From positions 32,674,001 through 32,738,000 of the forward strand of contig NC_043008.1 in NCBI RefSeq assembly GCF_006345805.1: DNA of 64,000 nt, written 5' to 3'. Within the stretch, counting starts at the first letter, position 1. Every line of letters begins with the position of its first letter. Source of the DNA: Octopus sinensis (Eukaryota). The notes beneath the pieces are model-generated. The model saw only the letters and a list, made by a program, of their open reading frames with translations. It had not been told where the DNA came from and made no database searches. Of the stretch, positions 23,130 through 37,142 are shown in pieces. Made by a program: the position numbers and the translations under genes.

Positions 23130-23440
23130 GGTCCAGCTGATGTTGTGGTGTGGGGGCTTGTGTGCCTCAATGACCTTCAGAACCCTGCCAGTGGAGCGAA
23201 AGGTTTGGTAGGGCTTCTCATGATGGACAGATCAAAATATAAAGAACAGGCAATATGAATCACCATTCCCTAGTGGTAAAATGGGTTTACGTAGAGCAAA
23301 CAATAGTACCTAGAAAAACTCGAAGCACCGACGACAATCCCAAACCCACAAGACCAGCCCAGAGTTGAGAGCTATGGAGAAAAGTTGTCGATGGCCAATT
23401 TTCCATAGGGAGTGAAGGGTTTAAGCATATAAGTACAGGA
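23130..23440 (+). mobile_element. Non-autonomous bipartite RTE derivative (5' UTR fused to ORF2 3' end)
   Basis: RTE-type 5' motif gttgtggtgtgggggcttgtgtgcctcaatgacc...ggtagggcttctcatg, then terminal codons AQS*ELWRKVVDGQFSIGSEGFK (cf. AQDRxxWRxxV). Confidence 0.6.
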
Positions 23441-23470
23441 AAGTAACCATATGAGAATATATATATATAT

Positions 23471-23565
23471 AACAAAATATTAAGGAATGACCCTGAGAAG
23501 GTCGTTCGACTCACTTGAAAAGGGAGTCGAACGACCTTCTCAGGGTCATTCCTTAATATTTTGTT
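23471..23565. repeat. Perfect 42-bp inverted repeat with 11-nt loop
   Basis: aacaaaatattaaggaatgaccctgagaaggtcgttcgactc (23471-23512), loop acttgaaaagg, exact reverse complement at 23524-23565. Confidence 0.97.
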
Positions 23566-23684
23566 GAATATAATATATAGTCTGTGACTATTTCTATTTT
23601 GTCACTTGACCGCTGGTGGGAGAAGATTTTTCTTGAATTTTTTGTTACCCTTATATTGATTTATATATATATATATATATATAA

Positions 23685-24050
23685 TATGCAAAATGGAATA
23701 AGAACGCAAAGCATCCAGATAGACGATACAAAGAAAACAAGGACGGGTCATTCGGAGTTTACTTTCCTCGGTCGAGTTTCAGATTATCTTTACAATTTCG
23801 GCTGGTTATACTCGAGATTGCTCCAATCTGGCCAACCCCAAGGTAAAACTAAGCTAAGAGCACTAGGTTCCTTGGAAGGAAGCAGCGAGTGTATACGAAA
23901 AGAAGGACAGAAAAAAAACGGAGAATGTTACACAAATACAATTAACAGGACATAACAACAGGTGTCTTTCGACTAAGGACGAATTAAATTAAGCTGGCGT
24001 GTGTGGAAATAAAGCCTCACGGCAGGGATTCTACATATAACATAAACTAC
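23685..24050 (-). mobile_element. PLE-terminal-repeat-like element
   Basis: TA-flanked, pyrimidine-rich on the minus strand with degenerate hammerhead-like pieces (ccgagga...ccgaatgac; cagccgaaattg). Classification is inferred. Confidence 0.4.
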
Positions 24051-24825
24051 TTATTAGCACAGAGGCAGTGTTAATACCGAGAAGTAGTATTTATCCCCGC
24101 TTAAACGTGGATGTTCTGTTAAAACAAATTATACTGCAGTAGATACCATGAGAGAAATTCTCATATTGGCGTTTGGTGCAAAAAGCCCTCTTGTTTATAG
24201 CTTTAGCAAGGAGATCAATCCCCGTTACCTCCAATGCAGCGACCATCTGTTCACATGATTTCAACCTTCCGTGGTTTTATCAATGTTACACGCTTGACCG
24301 CTAGAGATAGCAGTGATTCATCACCCCGCTAACGATATATAAGAAAATCGTGATTAGCCAGTTACCTTGTTAAAAAAATATTTATTTGCGACAGAGGCAC
24401 TCTTAATACTGAGAGGTAATACTTATCCCCACTTAAATGCGAATGTTCTGATAGAACAAACTTTACTGCGTTAGTTACTTTGAGAAAATCTCCCATACAT
24501 TTACTGTATAAGAGATTTATATAATTAACGATATAGGAGAATAACGATGTAAAGAACGTTATAGACAAGTACGAAACTATAAAAAGAAATCTGTATTTTT
24601 AGAATGTAAGCAAATAAAACGTAACTGTGAAACAAGCTATGAGACGGGTGATATATAAAAATGTAACTACAATAGAAAGGAATAATGTAAGGAAGTATAT
24701 GAGAAAGTAACTGTTTTACGACGTTAACTATACATAATACAGTAATTATATAAAACAGAGACTATATAATATAACTACTCTATAAGAAAATAATTATAAT
24801 TAAAGTTATTATATAACATTCATTT

Positions 24826-24856
<31 letters not shown>

Positions 24857-25022
24857 AACACACACAAGCAACAAGCACTCTGTTGAAATTTTAAACCACA
24901 ATAATCTCACACATTTGATCAGTCAGAAATCGAAAAATCTAAGTTATCCACGTGTGTTTCTTCTGGCTCTCTTTTCTTATCTCTTTTCCTCCTGTTTTGT
25001 TCCCTTTCAGTGACTTTTCTTT

Positions 25023-25057
25023 AAATCTGACGAAGGACTACATCCGAAACGTTATAT
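25023..25057 (+). ncRNA. Minimal hammerhead ribozyme motif
   Basis: aaat CUGACGA A gga cuaca ucc GAAA C G U U auau; intact core, 3-bp stem II, ACGU palindrome, GUU triplet, weak stem I. Confidence 0.65.
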
Positions 25058-25751
25058 TTTTTTTCTTTAACTTTTATTTTGTGACTTTTTTTCCTTCATT
25101 ATGCATCAGTCTAAGGATATTAACTGCGAACGTCCCTTGGACTTTTGTTGTTTTTTTAGTATTTGACTTTTTTATTGTTAGTTGCATTCAAAAGCACTAT
25201 TAAAGGAAATTAACTACTACAGAAACTAATGGTATATGAAAATAATTACATAAAAAACGAACAATATGAGAAGTGTAACAATATAAGAAAAGACAGCAAA
25301 GAAATATATAAGAAAAAACAATAAAGTGACCATGTGAGAAAGTAACTATATAGAACAGTAAGCACATTAGACAATAACTATGTAACGTATGGGCTGTATT
25401 ATGCTGTAACTATATAAGTAAGTAATTACTTTAGGAAGTAACAATGTAAGAATGTATAGCTATGTAAATGGATATTCGGCGGATCCGATGACGAGTGCTC
25501 CACTTGTACGATGAATGGAAGTACGTGCATTAGCGTGCGTTTAATTCTCGGGGAGAGTCAGTGTGATTCGGTGCGACAAAGGTAGCCCTGGTTTTATCGT
25601 GGTTTTCTTATCTGTATTATTACATATATTGATGTAGCATGATTGTCTTCGTTGGTTTTGTAATTATGGCTGGGAAAATACTTAAAGATTTTTTGCATTT
25701 GGAAGTTTTGTGGCAGACAAAAAGAAGGAAACCATAACAAAATTTAATACA

Positions 25752-26150
25752 GGCGTAGGAGTGGCTGTGTGGTAAGTAGCTTGCTTACCAACCACATGGT
25801 TCCAGGTTCAGTCTCACTGCGTGGTACCTTGGGTAAGTGTCTTCTACTATAGCCTCGGGCCAACCAAAGCCTTGTGAGTGGATTTGGTAGACGGAAACTG
25901 AAAGAAGCCCGTCGTATATATATATGTATATATGTATGTGTGTGTTTGTTTGTGTGTCTGTGTTTGTCCCCCCAACATCACTTGACAGCTGATGCTGGTG
26001 TGTTTACGTCCCCGTAACTTAGCGGTTCGGTAAAAAGACACTGATAGAATAAGTACTAGGCTTACAAAGAATAAGTCATGGGGTCAATTTGCTCGACTAA
26101 AGGCGGTGCTCCTGCATGGCCACAGTCAAATGACTGAAACAAGTAAAAGA
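25752..26150 (+). mobile_element. Family-A SINE
   Basis: Full head-to-tail copy ggcgtaggagtggctgtgtgg...gactgaaacaagtaaaaga. Confidence 0.9.
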
Positions 26151-26188
26151 GTGGAAGGAAATAACAAACACATACCCATACATGTCAT

Positions 26189-26598
26189 TTATCTTTTACT
26201 TGTTTCAGTCATTAGACTGCGGCCATGCTGGGGCACCGCCTTGGGGAATTTTAGCTGAAGTAATCAACCCCGGAACTTTTTTTTTTTTAAGCCTGGTACT
26301 TATTCTGTCGGTCTATTTTGCCGAGCCGCTAAGTTACGGATATGCAAACACACCCAACACCGGTTGTCAAGCAGTGGTGTGGGATAACACAGACACAAAG
26401 ACACACTTACGCACATACACGCACGCGCGCGCACACACACACACATATATACGACAGGCTTCTTTCAGTTTCTGTCTACCAAATCTACTCACAAAGTTTT
26501 GGTCAGACCGAGGCTATAGTGCAAGACGCTTGCTCAAGGTGCCACGCAGTGGGACTGAACCCGGAACCGGGAAGCTAGCTTCTTATCACACAGCCACA
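26189..26598 (-). mobile_element. Family-A SINE, tail-to-tail with 25752-26150
   Basis: Reverse-complement copy starting about 40 bp after the previous one. Confidence 0.9.
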
Positions 26599-27266
26599 TT
26601 TCTCCTATATATGCATAAAACTATAAGAAATAATGTAATTAAAAAAGTAGTCACTATCAGAGAAGGCTGTTCTTTAAATTGAGAAGTATGAATTGAGAAG
26701 TATGAATCGCTCTCTGTCTTGTGTCGATATATCTAATTCTACCTGAATTTGTTCATCAGTTTGTAAACATGTAAACAGGTTTATCTCAGGACCATGACAT
26801 GAAGACGACGGTGGAGAAGACCGATCAAGGCGGTGTCACCAGACATGCACAAGATGGGAGGTATAGCTCTAAAATCAGACATTTGTATTAATTCGTCGGA
26901 GAAAAACAACATATGAAATTACTAGTTAATTACCAGTTAAGTTCAGAAAAACAAAACATAAGTTAGAAATATTAAAATCTTAGTTATATTGAAAAATACT
27001 ATAATACTAACTATATTTCGTATACTAAATAGTTATGTTTAGTATACTAAAATACTAGTTATGTTGAGAATACTAAAATACGGGTAAGCAGTAGAAATAA
27101 TAAAATATTGGTTATATTTAGAAATACTACTAGTTAAGTTTTCTAAATTTATGGTGGCAGATGAGAGAGAGGGAGAGCGGAAGAAAGAGCGAAAGAGAAT
27201 GAGTGACAGCGAGTAATCAAGGTCGAGTAAAACTTGAGGGTTTTAGAGGTGAAGTAAAGAGAGAGC

Positions 27267-27305
<39 letters not shown>

Positions 27306-27672
27306 GAAAGAGGGAGAGAAAGAGGATGTGAATAGGCGAAATATGAAGAAGTACGGAAGGAGAGTGAGGAGAAGTAAAAAGAGACGGAGGTTGGAAGGTG
27401 AGATTTTAAATACTTGTTGAGAGAGGAATGTTTAAGAACGGAGAAAATTAGGTAGGGTGAAGTAAAAAGAAATAGTTGAAGAAATGGAGAAATTAGAGAG
27501 ATTGACTGTAAATAAAGGAAAGGAAAGAGATAAAGAAAGAACAAAAATAATAAGCAGAAAGAGGGCAGTGCAAAATAGCTTGATATCTATCTATCTATTA
27601 TTTATATCTATTTCTCTCTTTATGTCCGTTTTTGTGTGTCTCAGTCTGTCCCGTCTGTCTCTTTCTCTGCAC

Positions 27673-27730
<58 letters not shown>

Positions 27731-27849
27731 ATGTATGTGTGTTTGTATGTAAATATATGTGTGTGTGTGTGTATGCATGTTTGTATACACACGCGCGCGC
27801 AGACACTCAGTCTAACAGAAAGACAGACAGACCGGTAAGTAGGCAGGCA

Positions 27850-28470
<621 letters not shown>

Positions 28471-28807
28471 GTTGATAGATAGACAAGGCAGAAAGAAGTG
28501 CAACGGATTGGGAGTGGAGTAGAGAGCAAGAGGTCGAGTAAACACTGAAAAAGAAAACTGTAAGAATACAATGAAAAAATAGAAGTAAAAGAAAGACGGG
28601 TTAAGATAAAGAGACACAGAAATCGAGTGAGAGAGAGAGAGAGAGAGAGTGAGAGAGTGAGAGAGAGACAGACAGAGATAAATAATACAAATAGTCAGAG
28701 AGGGAGAGCGAGAGAGTGATAAAGAAACAGATAGACACAGACAGAAATATAAAGAGAGTAATCCTAGCGAAAGAGAGGAGGTATCTTAATATTAGAGACC
28801 ATGGAAG

Positions 28808-28858
<51 letters not shown>

Positions 28859-30283
28859 ACAGGAGAGACCGAACATTTGTTAAAGAGACAAAAAAGAGTG
28901 AGAGAAGGAATTAATATAAGAGAGAGAGAGAGAAGGCCAGTGCAGTTATGAGGCAGAGAGTGAGAGAGAAGTAATAGTAGGCAGCATATGAAATAGAATG
29001 AGTAGTAGGTATGAGAGAGAAAAGAGAAAGAGGGTAAGAAAGATAAATAGATAGGTAGATAGAGTGATGGATATATAGACAGAGTAGGTGAAAGAAATAA
29101 CAGCAGAACGACTGTATCTGCTGCGTGTGTGACTTAAGTGTGGCGGGAGGGATAAAGTACCGATATAAGCAGCCGACAACATTGTCGGTTTGGAGATGTT
29201 ACAAACTGTATGGGAGATTTTTATTCTGCATGTCTTATTTCGGATTGCGTTAGCGACCAAATTACGCAATATATTAGCTTATTAGTTAATCACTTTGATT
29301 GAGTTTCATCCTTTATACAAGGTAAAGAAAATTCATTAAAATAAATTTTTATGCGCACGTAGACACACACATTTACATACATACATACACACCTCACATC
29401 TCACATATATGTGCACATACACATACACACACACACACATACACATACATATATATATATATTATAGCAACATCTGATCCCAGAAAAATATATATTTATA
29501 CGTATACCTATATTTTTTTAATCAAATTTATACATTTTTGAATTGATTCAGTCAATTCTCTTTGCTTGAGTATCAACCAAATATTAGGAGGAAAACTGGC
29601 GTGTCTTTGTTACCAACACCCCCCGTCTCTCTTTCTCCTACTATTAAGTGCTTCCGTCGAAAGCGGAAGTTAGACATGAGCTAAACCTTGGACCAATTTT
29701 ATAATGACCGGGACTCTAAAAATTTGATTAAGACTAAAAACCAAACAACAACAAAAAAAACTTGAAAGCGTCTGTAGTTTTAATGAGGAAAAGTGAATTC
29801 TAACTAAAGTAAGTATACGAGTTTTACATCTGCCATATAGATCTTTTCTCTTTTTCTTTTGTTTATTTTTTTTTATATTTTGTTTCTTAAAATGCGGAAG
29901 AAAAAAGGTGAAGGTGTTTGAATTTCTTTTCCAATTAAGAAATATTTCTGGAGAATAATTTCAAAATCATGGTGTTAATTCATTGATCACTGTAAAACCT
30001 TTAACTCAATTTTCACCTCATATTTTTTCTTTCATTTTGCTTTATTTTTGTAATATATTAATGTTATTTCTCAAAAGAAAAAAAAAATATTTATTAAGCA
30101 AAGTATATTATATAAGGACAAATCTGTTATAGATAGATTATTTGTAGGTGGGAGATATTTAGCTGATTAAATGTACGTCAGTATATAATATTGGTATCGA
30201 TTTTCTTTCTAATAATTCATTTTTTTTTTACTTTCGAAAGCGGTAGAAACGAAATAGAGCGAAAGGTGAGCGCGCGTACAGAC

Positions 30284-30333
<50 letters not shown>

Positions 30334-30389
30334 TATATTATATACACACACACATAATATGTGGTTGGTAATTATATATGATATATGTG

Positions 30390-30437
<48 letters not shown>

Positions 30438-30456
30438 TATATTATATATATATCTT

Positions 30457-30513
<57 letters not shown>

Positions 30514-30949
30514 TCATGCAAACACATATACACACATACATACGCTCATACATAAATACATATATGTGTATGTGTACAAGGATGTATAAATACATACTGT
30601 TTATAATTCATATATAGGAGAGTGGAGGAGAGTGAGAGAGACGATAAAACTCTGCTGTTACTCAGAGTTTCACAATTCTTCACTGCTCACGCAAAGTTGC
30701 GTGATTGGCGAAATATCGCGGAACACATAGTAACAACCGAGAACAATTTTTTAGCAGTAAAATCTTTTAAAAAATTGTTTTCACCCTTGTTTTTAAATTC
30801 AAGTATGTATGTATGTATGTATGTATGTATGTATGTATGTATGTATGTATGTATGTATGTATGTATGCATGTATGTATGTGGCGTATGTGTATACGTACG
30901 TCTGTATGTATATATGTTATGTGTGTGTATATATATATATATATATAAG

Positions 30950-30996
<47 letters not shown>

Positions 30997-31113
30997 TTGC
31001 GCGTATATATGCATATATCTATACACCACATACATAAACACACGCACAAATATATATAGTGTATGTGCATGTATAATGCACATGCGTATATGTGTGTGTA
31101 TGTATGTAGATGC

Positions 31114-31151
<38 letters not shown>

Positions 31152-31457
31152 GCATCTACATACATACACACACATATACGCATGTGCATTTATACATGTA
31201 TGTATGTATGTATGTATGTATGTATGTATATATATATATTTGTATGTGGTTGTGTGGGAAGGAAGGTGAGTAACCGACAAGATAATTCGCTTTATATCTC
31301 GTTATTGTTTCCCGCCGATGCTGAATTAAAACTACTCAACAATGACTTTGATGTCCATTCAATCGACTAAATTTATCTGAATGTTGGTCTTGTACAATAT
31401 CAGTATGTGTGTGTGTGTGTTTTCTGTGTGTGTGTGCGTTTGCGTGTGTGGTTCTGT

Positions 31458-31552
<95 letters not shown>

Positions 31553-31602
31553 TTACACATATATATGTATATAAGTGTGTGTAAATATATGTGTGTGTGT
31601 GT

Positions 31603-31645
<43 letters not shown>

Positions 31646-31668
31646 GCACATTATACATATATACATAT

Positions 31669-31902
31669 GAAGGCGGCGAGCTGGCAGAAACGTTAGCAGG
31701 CCGGGCGAAATGCGTAGCGGTATTTCGTCCGCCGTTAAGTTCTGAGTTCAAATTCCGCCGAGGTCGACTTTGCCTTTCATCCTTTCGGGTTCGATAAATT
31801 AAGTACCAGTTACGCACTGGAGTCGATATAATCGACTTAATCCGTTTGTCTGTCCTTGTTTGTCCCCTCTGTGTTTAGCCCCTTGTGGGTAGTAAAGAAA
31901 TA
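31669..31902 (+). mobile_element. Family-B SINE, full length
   Basis: gaaggcggcgagctggcagaaacgttagc...gagttcaaattccgccgaggtcgac...gtgggtagtaaagaaata, flanked by TA repeats. Confidence 0.9.
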
Positions 31903-32044
31903 TATACATATATACATATGTATATATATATATACATATACATATTTAGGTAGATAGATAAGTAGGTATGTAAATAGGTAGGTAGGTAGGTAGGTAGGTA
32001 GGTAGGTAGGTACAGACAGACAGACAGACAGACAGACAGACGAC

Positions 32045-32110
<66 letters not shown>

Positions 32111-32989
32111 GTGTGTGTAAATGTGTGTGCGTAGCTTTCGTTTGTATGTATTCATATTATGCGCACAAAGTCAGATTTTCATGTATGTACTTCTATAAAC
32201 ACCCATTTTATACATATACACTCACCCATTAACACACACAAACACACACACACAGACACGCACGCACACACCTGTATGTGTGTATGTATGTATATTTGTA
32301 TGTATGTAAGAGAGAAAGACACACACACAGAGACTAGCAGAGAGAGAGAGAGAGAGAAAGAGCGGGAGTGAGAGAGGTACGTAATTGAGTATGTAATCGA
32401 TATATCATATGCAGAAGCCGGTAGAATCGTTAGAGAATCGGATAAAATACCTTGCAGTATTTGTTCCACGTCTCTACCGTCTGAGTTCAAATCGCGCCAA
32501 GGTCATCTTTACCTCTTATTCTTCCAGAGTCGATGACCAAAGTGCAAGTCCAGCGCTTGGTTTGATTTTTATCGCGTTCTTTCTGGGGTGTACTGGTAGC
32601 TTACAAGTTTCGCAATAGTTCGAGCTGAGAAATTACGTTAAAGCTACACAAGTCTGAGAATTGCTCGAATGATAACGGTTTAATTTCGTTTTATGACTAT
32701 AACTTCACCCAGTCGAACAACGGATAGCTCATCATTCAAAACTTAGCGACACACTCACACTCATACACACATATATTTATATACACACACAGAGAAACAC
32801 ACATACACACACACAAACATACATAAATGTGTGTCTGACAGCGCGCGCCCATGTGTGTGTGTGTCTATGTATGTATGTAAATATATAGTAACAGGCTTTA
32901 AAAAATAATTGTGTCCTTTTGTTCGACTAAACCCGTCAATGCGCTGCCCCAGCATGGCCACAGTCCAAAGACCGAGACAAGTGAACTAG

Positions 32990-33301
32990 CTAGGTTCCTG
33001 TTGAGAGGGATTACTTGGGGTTTGAATACTTCAGCCCTGGAAACATGTTTCTTCGTTCATCATCCTTAAACTACCTATAAACAACCTTTTGAGCGGGTAG
33101 GGCTACTTGACCTGAAGAAAATTCTCACTGGGCCCCACCTGCAAGGTCATGCGTTGTTTATCTTGTTATGAGGTCACTATATCTCGCACATATAGTTGTG
33201 ATGCATGTGTGTTATCAGACGGGTAAATCATGAAGGGTATGTTGGGCTTCTTATATTTGTAACCCGGCGTCAATTTAATGGCTAGGGCTGCTTTTTCACG
33301 C

Positions 33302-33360
<59 letters not shown>
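32990..33360 (+). mobile_element. LINE 3' UTR fragment with (AAT)n tail
   Basis: Complex ~310-bp segment ending directly in ~20 AAT units, as expected for a non-LTR 3' end; clade not assignable here. Confidence 0.5.
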
Positions 33361-33361
<1 letters not shown>

Positions 33362-33572
33362 CCTTTCCACTATAAGAACAAGGCCTGAAATTTTGGGGGA
33401 GGGGCCAGTCGATTACATCGTCTCCAGTGCGTAACTGGTATTTAATTTTTTGACCCTGAAAGGATGAAAGGCAAAGTCAACCTCGGCAGTGTTTGAACTC
33501 AAACCGTATTCACGGACGAAATGCTGCTAAATATTTTACCCGGCGTTTTAACGATTTTGACAGCTCGCCACC
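33362..33572 (-). mobile_element. Family-B SINE
   Basis: aaggcctgaaattttggggg...aaggcaaagtcaacctcggc...cagctcgccacc. Similar copies at 37870-38080 (-), 58515-58725 (-), 32410-32600 (+) and 48612-48750 (+). Confidence 0.8.
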
Positions 33573-33573
33573 T

Positions 33574-33628
<55 letters not shown>

Positions 33629-33659
33629 AATAATAATAATGGTAATAATACCCATGCCT

Positions 33660-34085
33660 GAGAGAGACTCAGGCATAGTTACGAATTCAGAATTTCGCCG
33701 CATAACTACGTGCTTTTGGGTTTAGTCCCGCGGTGGGGAAATTGGACAAGTGTCTGCTACTATACCCTGAACCAACTTATGTGTTGTGACTGAATTTGAT
33801 ATGTGAAATCTATGTGGATGCCTATTGCGCGTGTGTGTGTGTGTATGTGTGGCTTTGTGTTTGTCTCTAAATCATTGTTGGTTTCCCATAACCGGTATTG
33901 GTTTGTTTACGTTTTCTGAACTTAACAGTTTCCCATAACCGGTATTGGTTTGTTTACGTTTTCTGAACTTAACAGTTCACGTCGAGGCAATAACTACCAG
34001 ACGTAAAAAAAAAATGTACTGTTCTGGGGGTCGATTCGTTTAACTAAACCCTTCAAGGTGCGTGACACCAGTAAATTATAAATGA
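33660..34085 (+). mobile_element. Degenerate family-A SINE containing an exact 47-bp tandem duplication
   Basis: Unit gtttcccataaccggtattggtttgtttacgttttctgaacttaaca at 33881 and 33928. Confidence 0.7.
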
Positions 34086-34181
34086 TAAAATAACAACAGC
34101 TGATATTTCTAGGCGACCGAACGAGTTTCGCTCGTAGACCCGTTTCAAATCAACTGCTTGTAAAAACAATACAAGAATAAG

Positions 34182-34249
<68 letters not shown>

Positions 34250-35502
34250 GTACGCGTGTATGTGTATAATTTATTGTGAAGAGTGACTGTGATGTATATA
34301 AATATTAGTCTCTACTTAAAACTGTAAGAAAAACAATATTTACTATAGAAATCCAATTTCGTCGTTGTTTAAATAATGTAACTATAGCTAATGTCTCGGG
34401 AGGCCGATAATCAAATGATTAAAGGTATTCCATCTATCTGTTCGTACATAGTGTTGTCTGTATCGTGTAATCTATCCTACATCCTTTAAGACGTTTAGGT
34501 TTAATTGAGGAAATGTGCCGGTTGAGTGAATGATTTGAAACTCGGAAATGGTCAAAATTTGTAACGGTCTCATACTGGTTTAGCGTTGCATGCATCGTAA
34601 TGTATATATACATAGTTATCGCCGTCCACTTAACAGCAAGTGCGTAGCACCTCTCTACAAGACATCCAAGTAAATTATATCGAAATAAGCAACGGGAGCA
34701 GTATCTTATTAACGAATGTTTCTGTAACTTGCAGTACGGAATTGAAACCCATGATAGATGTTGTTTAACCTCAGGTCAACCTTGTGCAAATTTATGTTCA
34801 AGATCATCCAAGATTATTTTCAGACAGTTTATTTAAGATTAATTTTTCGTATGTCTTATTTCGTCTTTTGTTTTCTTTTTTGTTGTTTTGTTCAAAACTA
34901 CTAAAGTGCGACTTTAGTAGTTGATTTAGTAGGTGATTTGGCTGCTAGCTTTAAAAAGTCGAGCCCTTGCATAGAAGCCCATTTTTCGACCTGCTTGCTG
35001 TATTTTAGTCTAGGCCCGTGATTCAAAGTATTTCTGTAGTAACCATCCTGTCTTTTTACGCAAGTAAGAAGGGCTGCATTAACTAGTTTGTCCTTTATTT
35101 AAGAGAATAAGGTGTAATTTGTGGGAGATTTGGTTCCAGGTTGAGGATATTTCATCGGACCTGATAACAGATGCAGTTCAGTGTTCTATTTTCACAAATT
35201 AAAATCGACACAGGTCGCATTGAAGTTAAGAAAGATCCAAGAACGGGACCAAGGAAGTGGACAGCGGCAAGTGGCTTGCTGCCTAACCTCTCCTCTCGCA
35301 GAAAGTGAATGGAATTCATTTCCCTGTCCCTTGGAATGTCTTTAAGGAACCCTTCTGTTGCAAATATTTCAGTTATGTTTGTAGTCTTCTAGAGATCACT
35401 TATACCCCTCCTCCCACGAGTATTAGGGGCTCTAAAAAAATCAAGGGTATCACCCTTCCACCTCTGGTCACGTAATTGATATATATATGTATATGTATTA
35501 TA

Positions 35503-35597
<95 letters not shown>

Positions 35598-36124
35598 AGA
35601 AAGCCCAAGGTCAATTCTATGCTTAAAGGGGTTCCGTTATTAACCCGTTTTGCTTTCAATACAGAGCATAACCTCAATGCTTCCCTTAGTATTTTTGTTA
35701 ATGAACCCCAGTCTAATCCTGATCAATTAGATCTATAATCAAATGTATTCCAACAGCGATCATGTTTATTTATTAATGTGTACACATAGTGTAATTACAT
35801 TTTCATTATCAAACGTTTTACTATTTCTCATGGGTCGAACGATGATATAGAGAGGTTCCTTCGCTCTTAATTTTTCTATTTATATAAGAAGAAAAAAAAT
35901 GTTATTTCTTATTTCGTTTCTTGCCGTTCTTTGTTGTTTTTTTTTTGTTTTGTTTTGTGAATTTTTATTGAGATTCCAAGCTGTGGTTTGAGAGAATATT
36001 TCTTAAGGGTCGTGCGACCTTTTAAAAATGACCCCTCTGATCGCATCTTTCATTGTGTTTTTTTTCTTACTGGAAAAATAATACGTCCTTCCATATTATT
36101 TCCGAACACACCAAGTATTTATAT

Positions 36125-36198
<74 letters not shown>

Positions 36199-37090
36199 GT
36201 TGTGTGTGTGTGTGTGTGTGTGTATGTAAGTATGTGTGTGGTGTGTGTAACAGTGCGTCGATGCATCCACTCAGGCAATGACTCTTCACATGATTGGATT
36301 TGTTTGGGTAGTCGTTGCTGGGCTGAGTTTTCCGAAGTCGCCTTTTACGACACACACAGGAAATGTTGGGTTTATTCTTTGACACGTCGGTCCCCACGCA
36401 ACACTAGAGCATCTTGAAATGAAATGTTTTGCTCAAGTACACAACAAGCCGCCCAGTCCGGGAATCGAACCTATATTTGACGATCTAATTACTAGTCCAC
36501 ACACTTTCACATATAACAAACCTGCATATATATGCGCGTGCGTAGGGTGTTATATGTGAAGACACGTAGCTTAGTACTTAGGGTGTTATATACCTTCTAT
36601 TATATAAATGAGTTTTGAGTGTATGTATGTGAATATGTCACGCGAAGGCTCCGAAACGATCAGTCCTCAATGAAAGCGGATTCGGTTTTCGAAATATGCG
36701 TCCCAACGACAAGGTATTCGGTTATAATCAATCAAAAAAATTAATTTGCTACTAGAAGCAAGTTAGCTTTTAGATCGACAGTTTTCTCATTCGCTGTCTA
36801 TCCCCACCAGACTCTCATTCTTTTAGTCCTTACTCCTCTCTATATATATCTACTATACTCTCTCTCTCTTCCTCTCTCTTTTTCTTTCTTTCTCTCTCTC
36901 CCTCTCTCTTTCTTTCTCTTTCTGTCTCTCCCTCTCTCTTGATATGACACATTTAATTGCTTTCATTTTGTTTAAAACTTCGTCGCTGTAATGTTAACTT
37001 TCGTTTTATGATACACAGCTATCACGTAGAAATGCTAGCTAGTAAATGAATCTCAAAATCGGATTCAGTATGAACACATATGTGCGCGCG

Positions 37091-37142
<52 letters not shown>

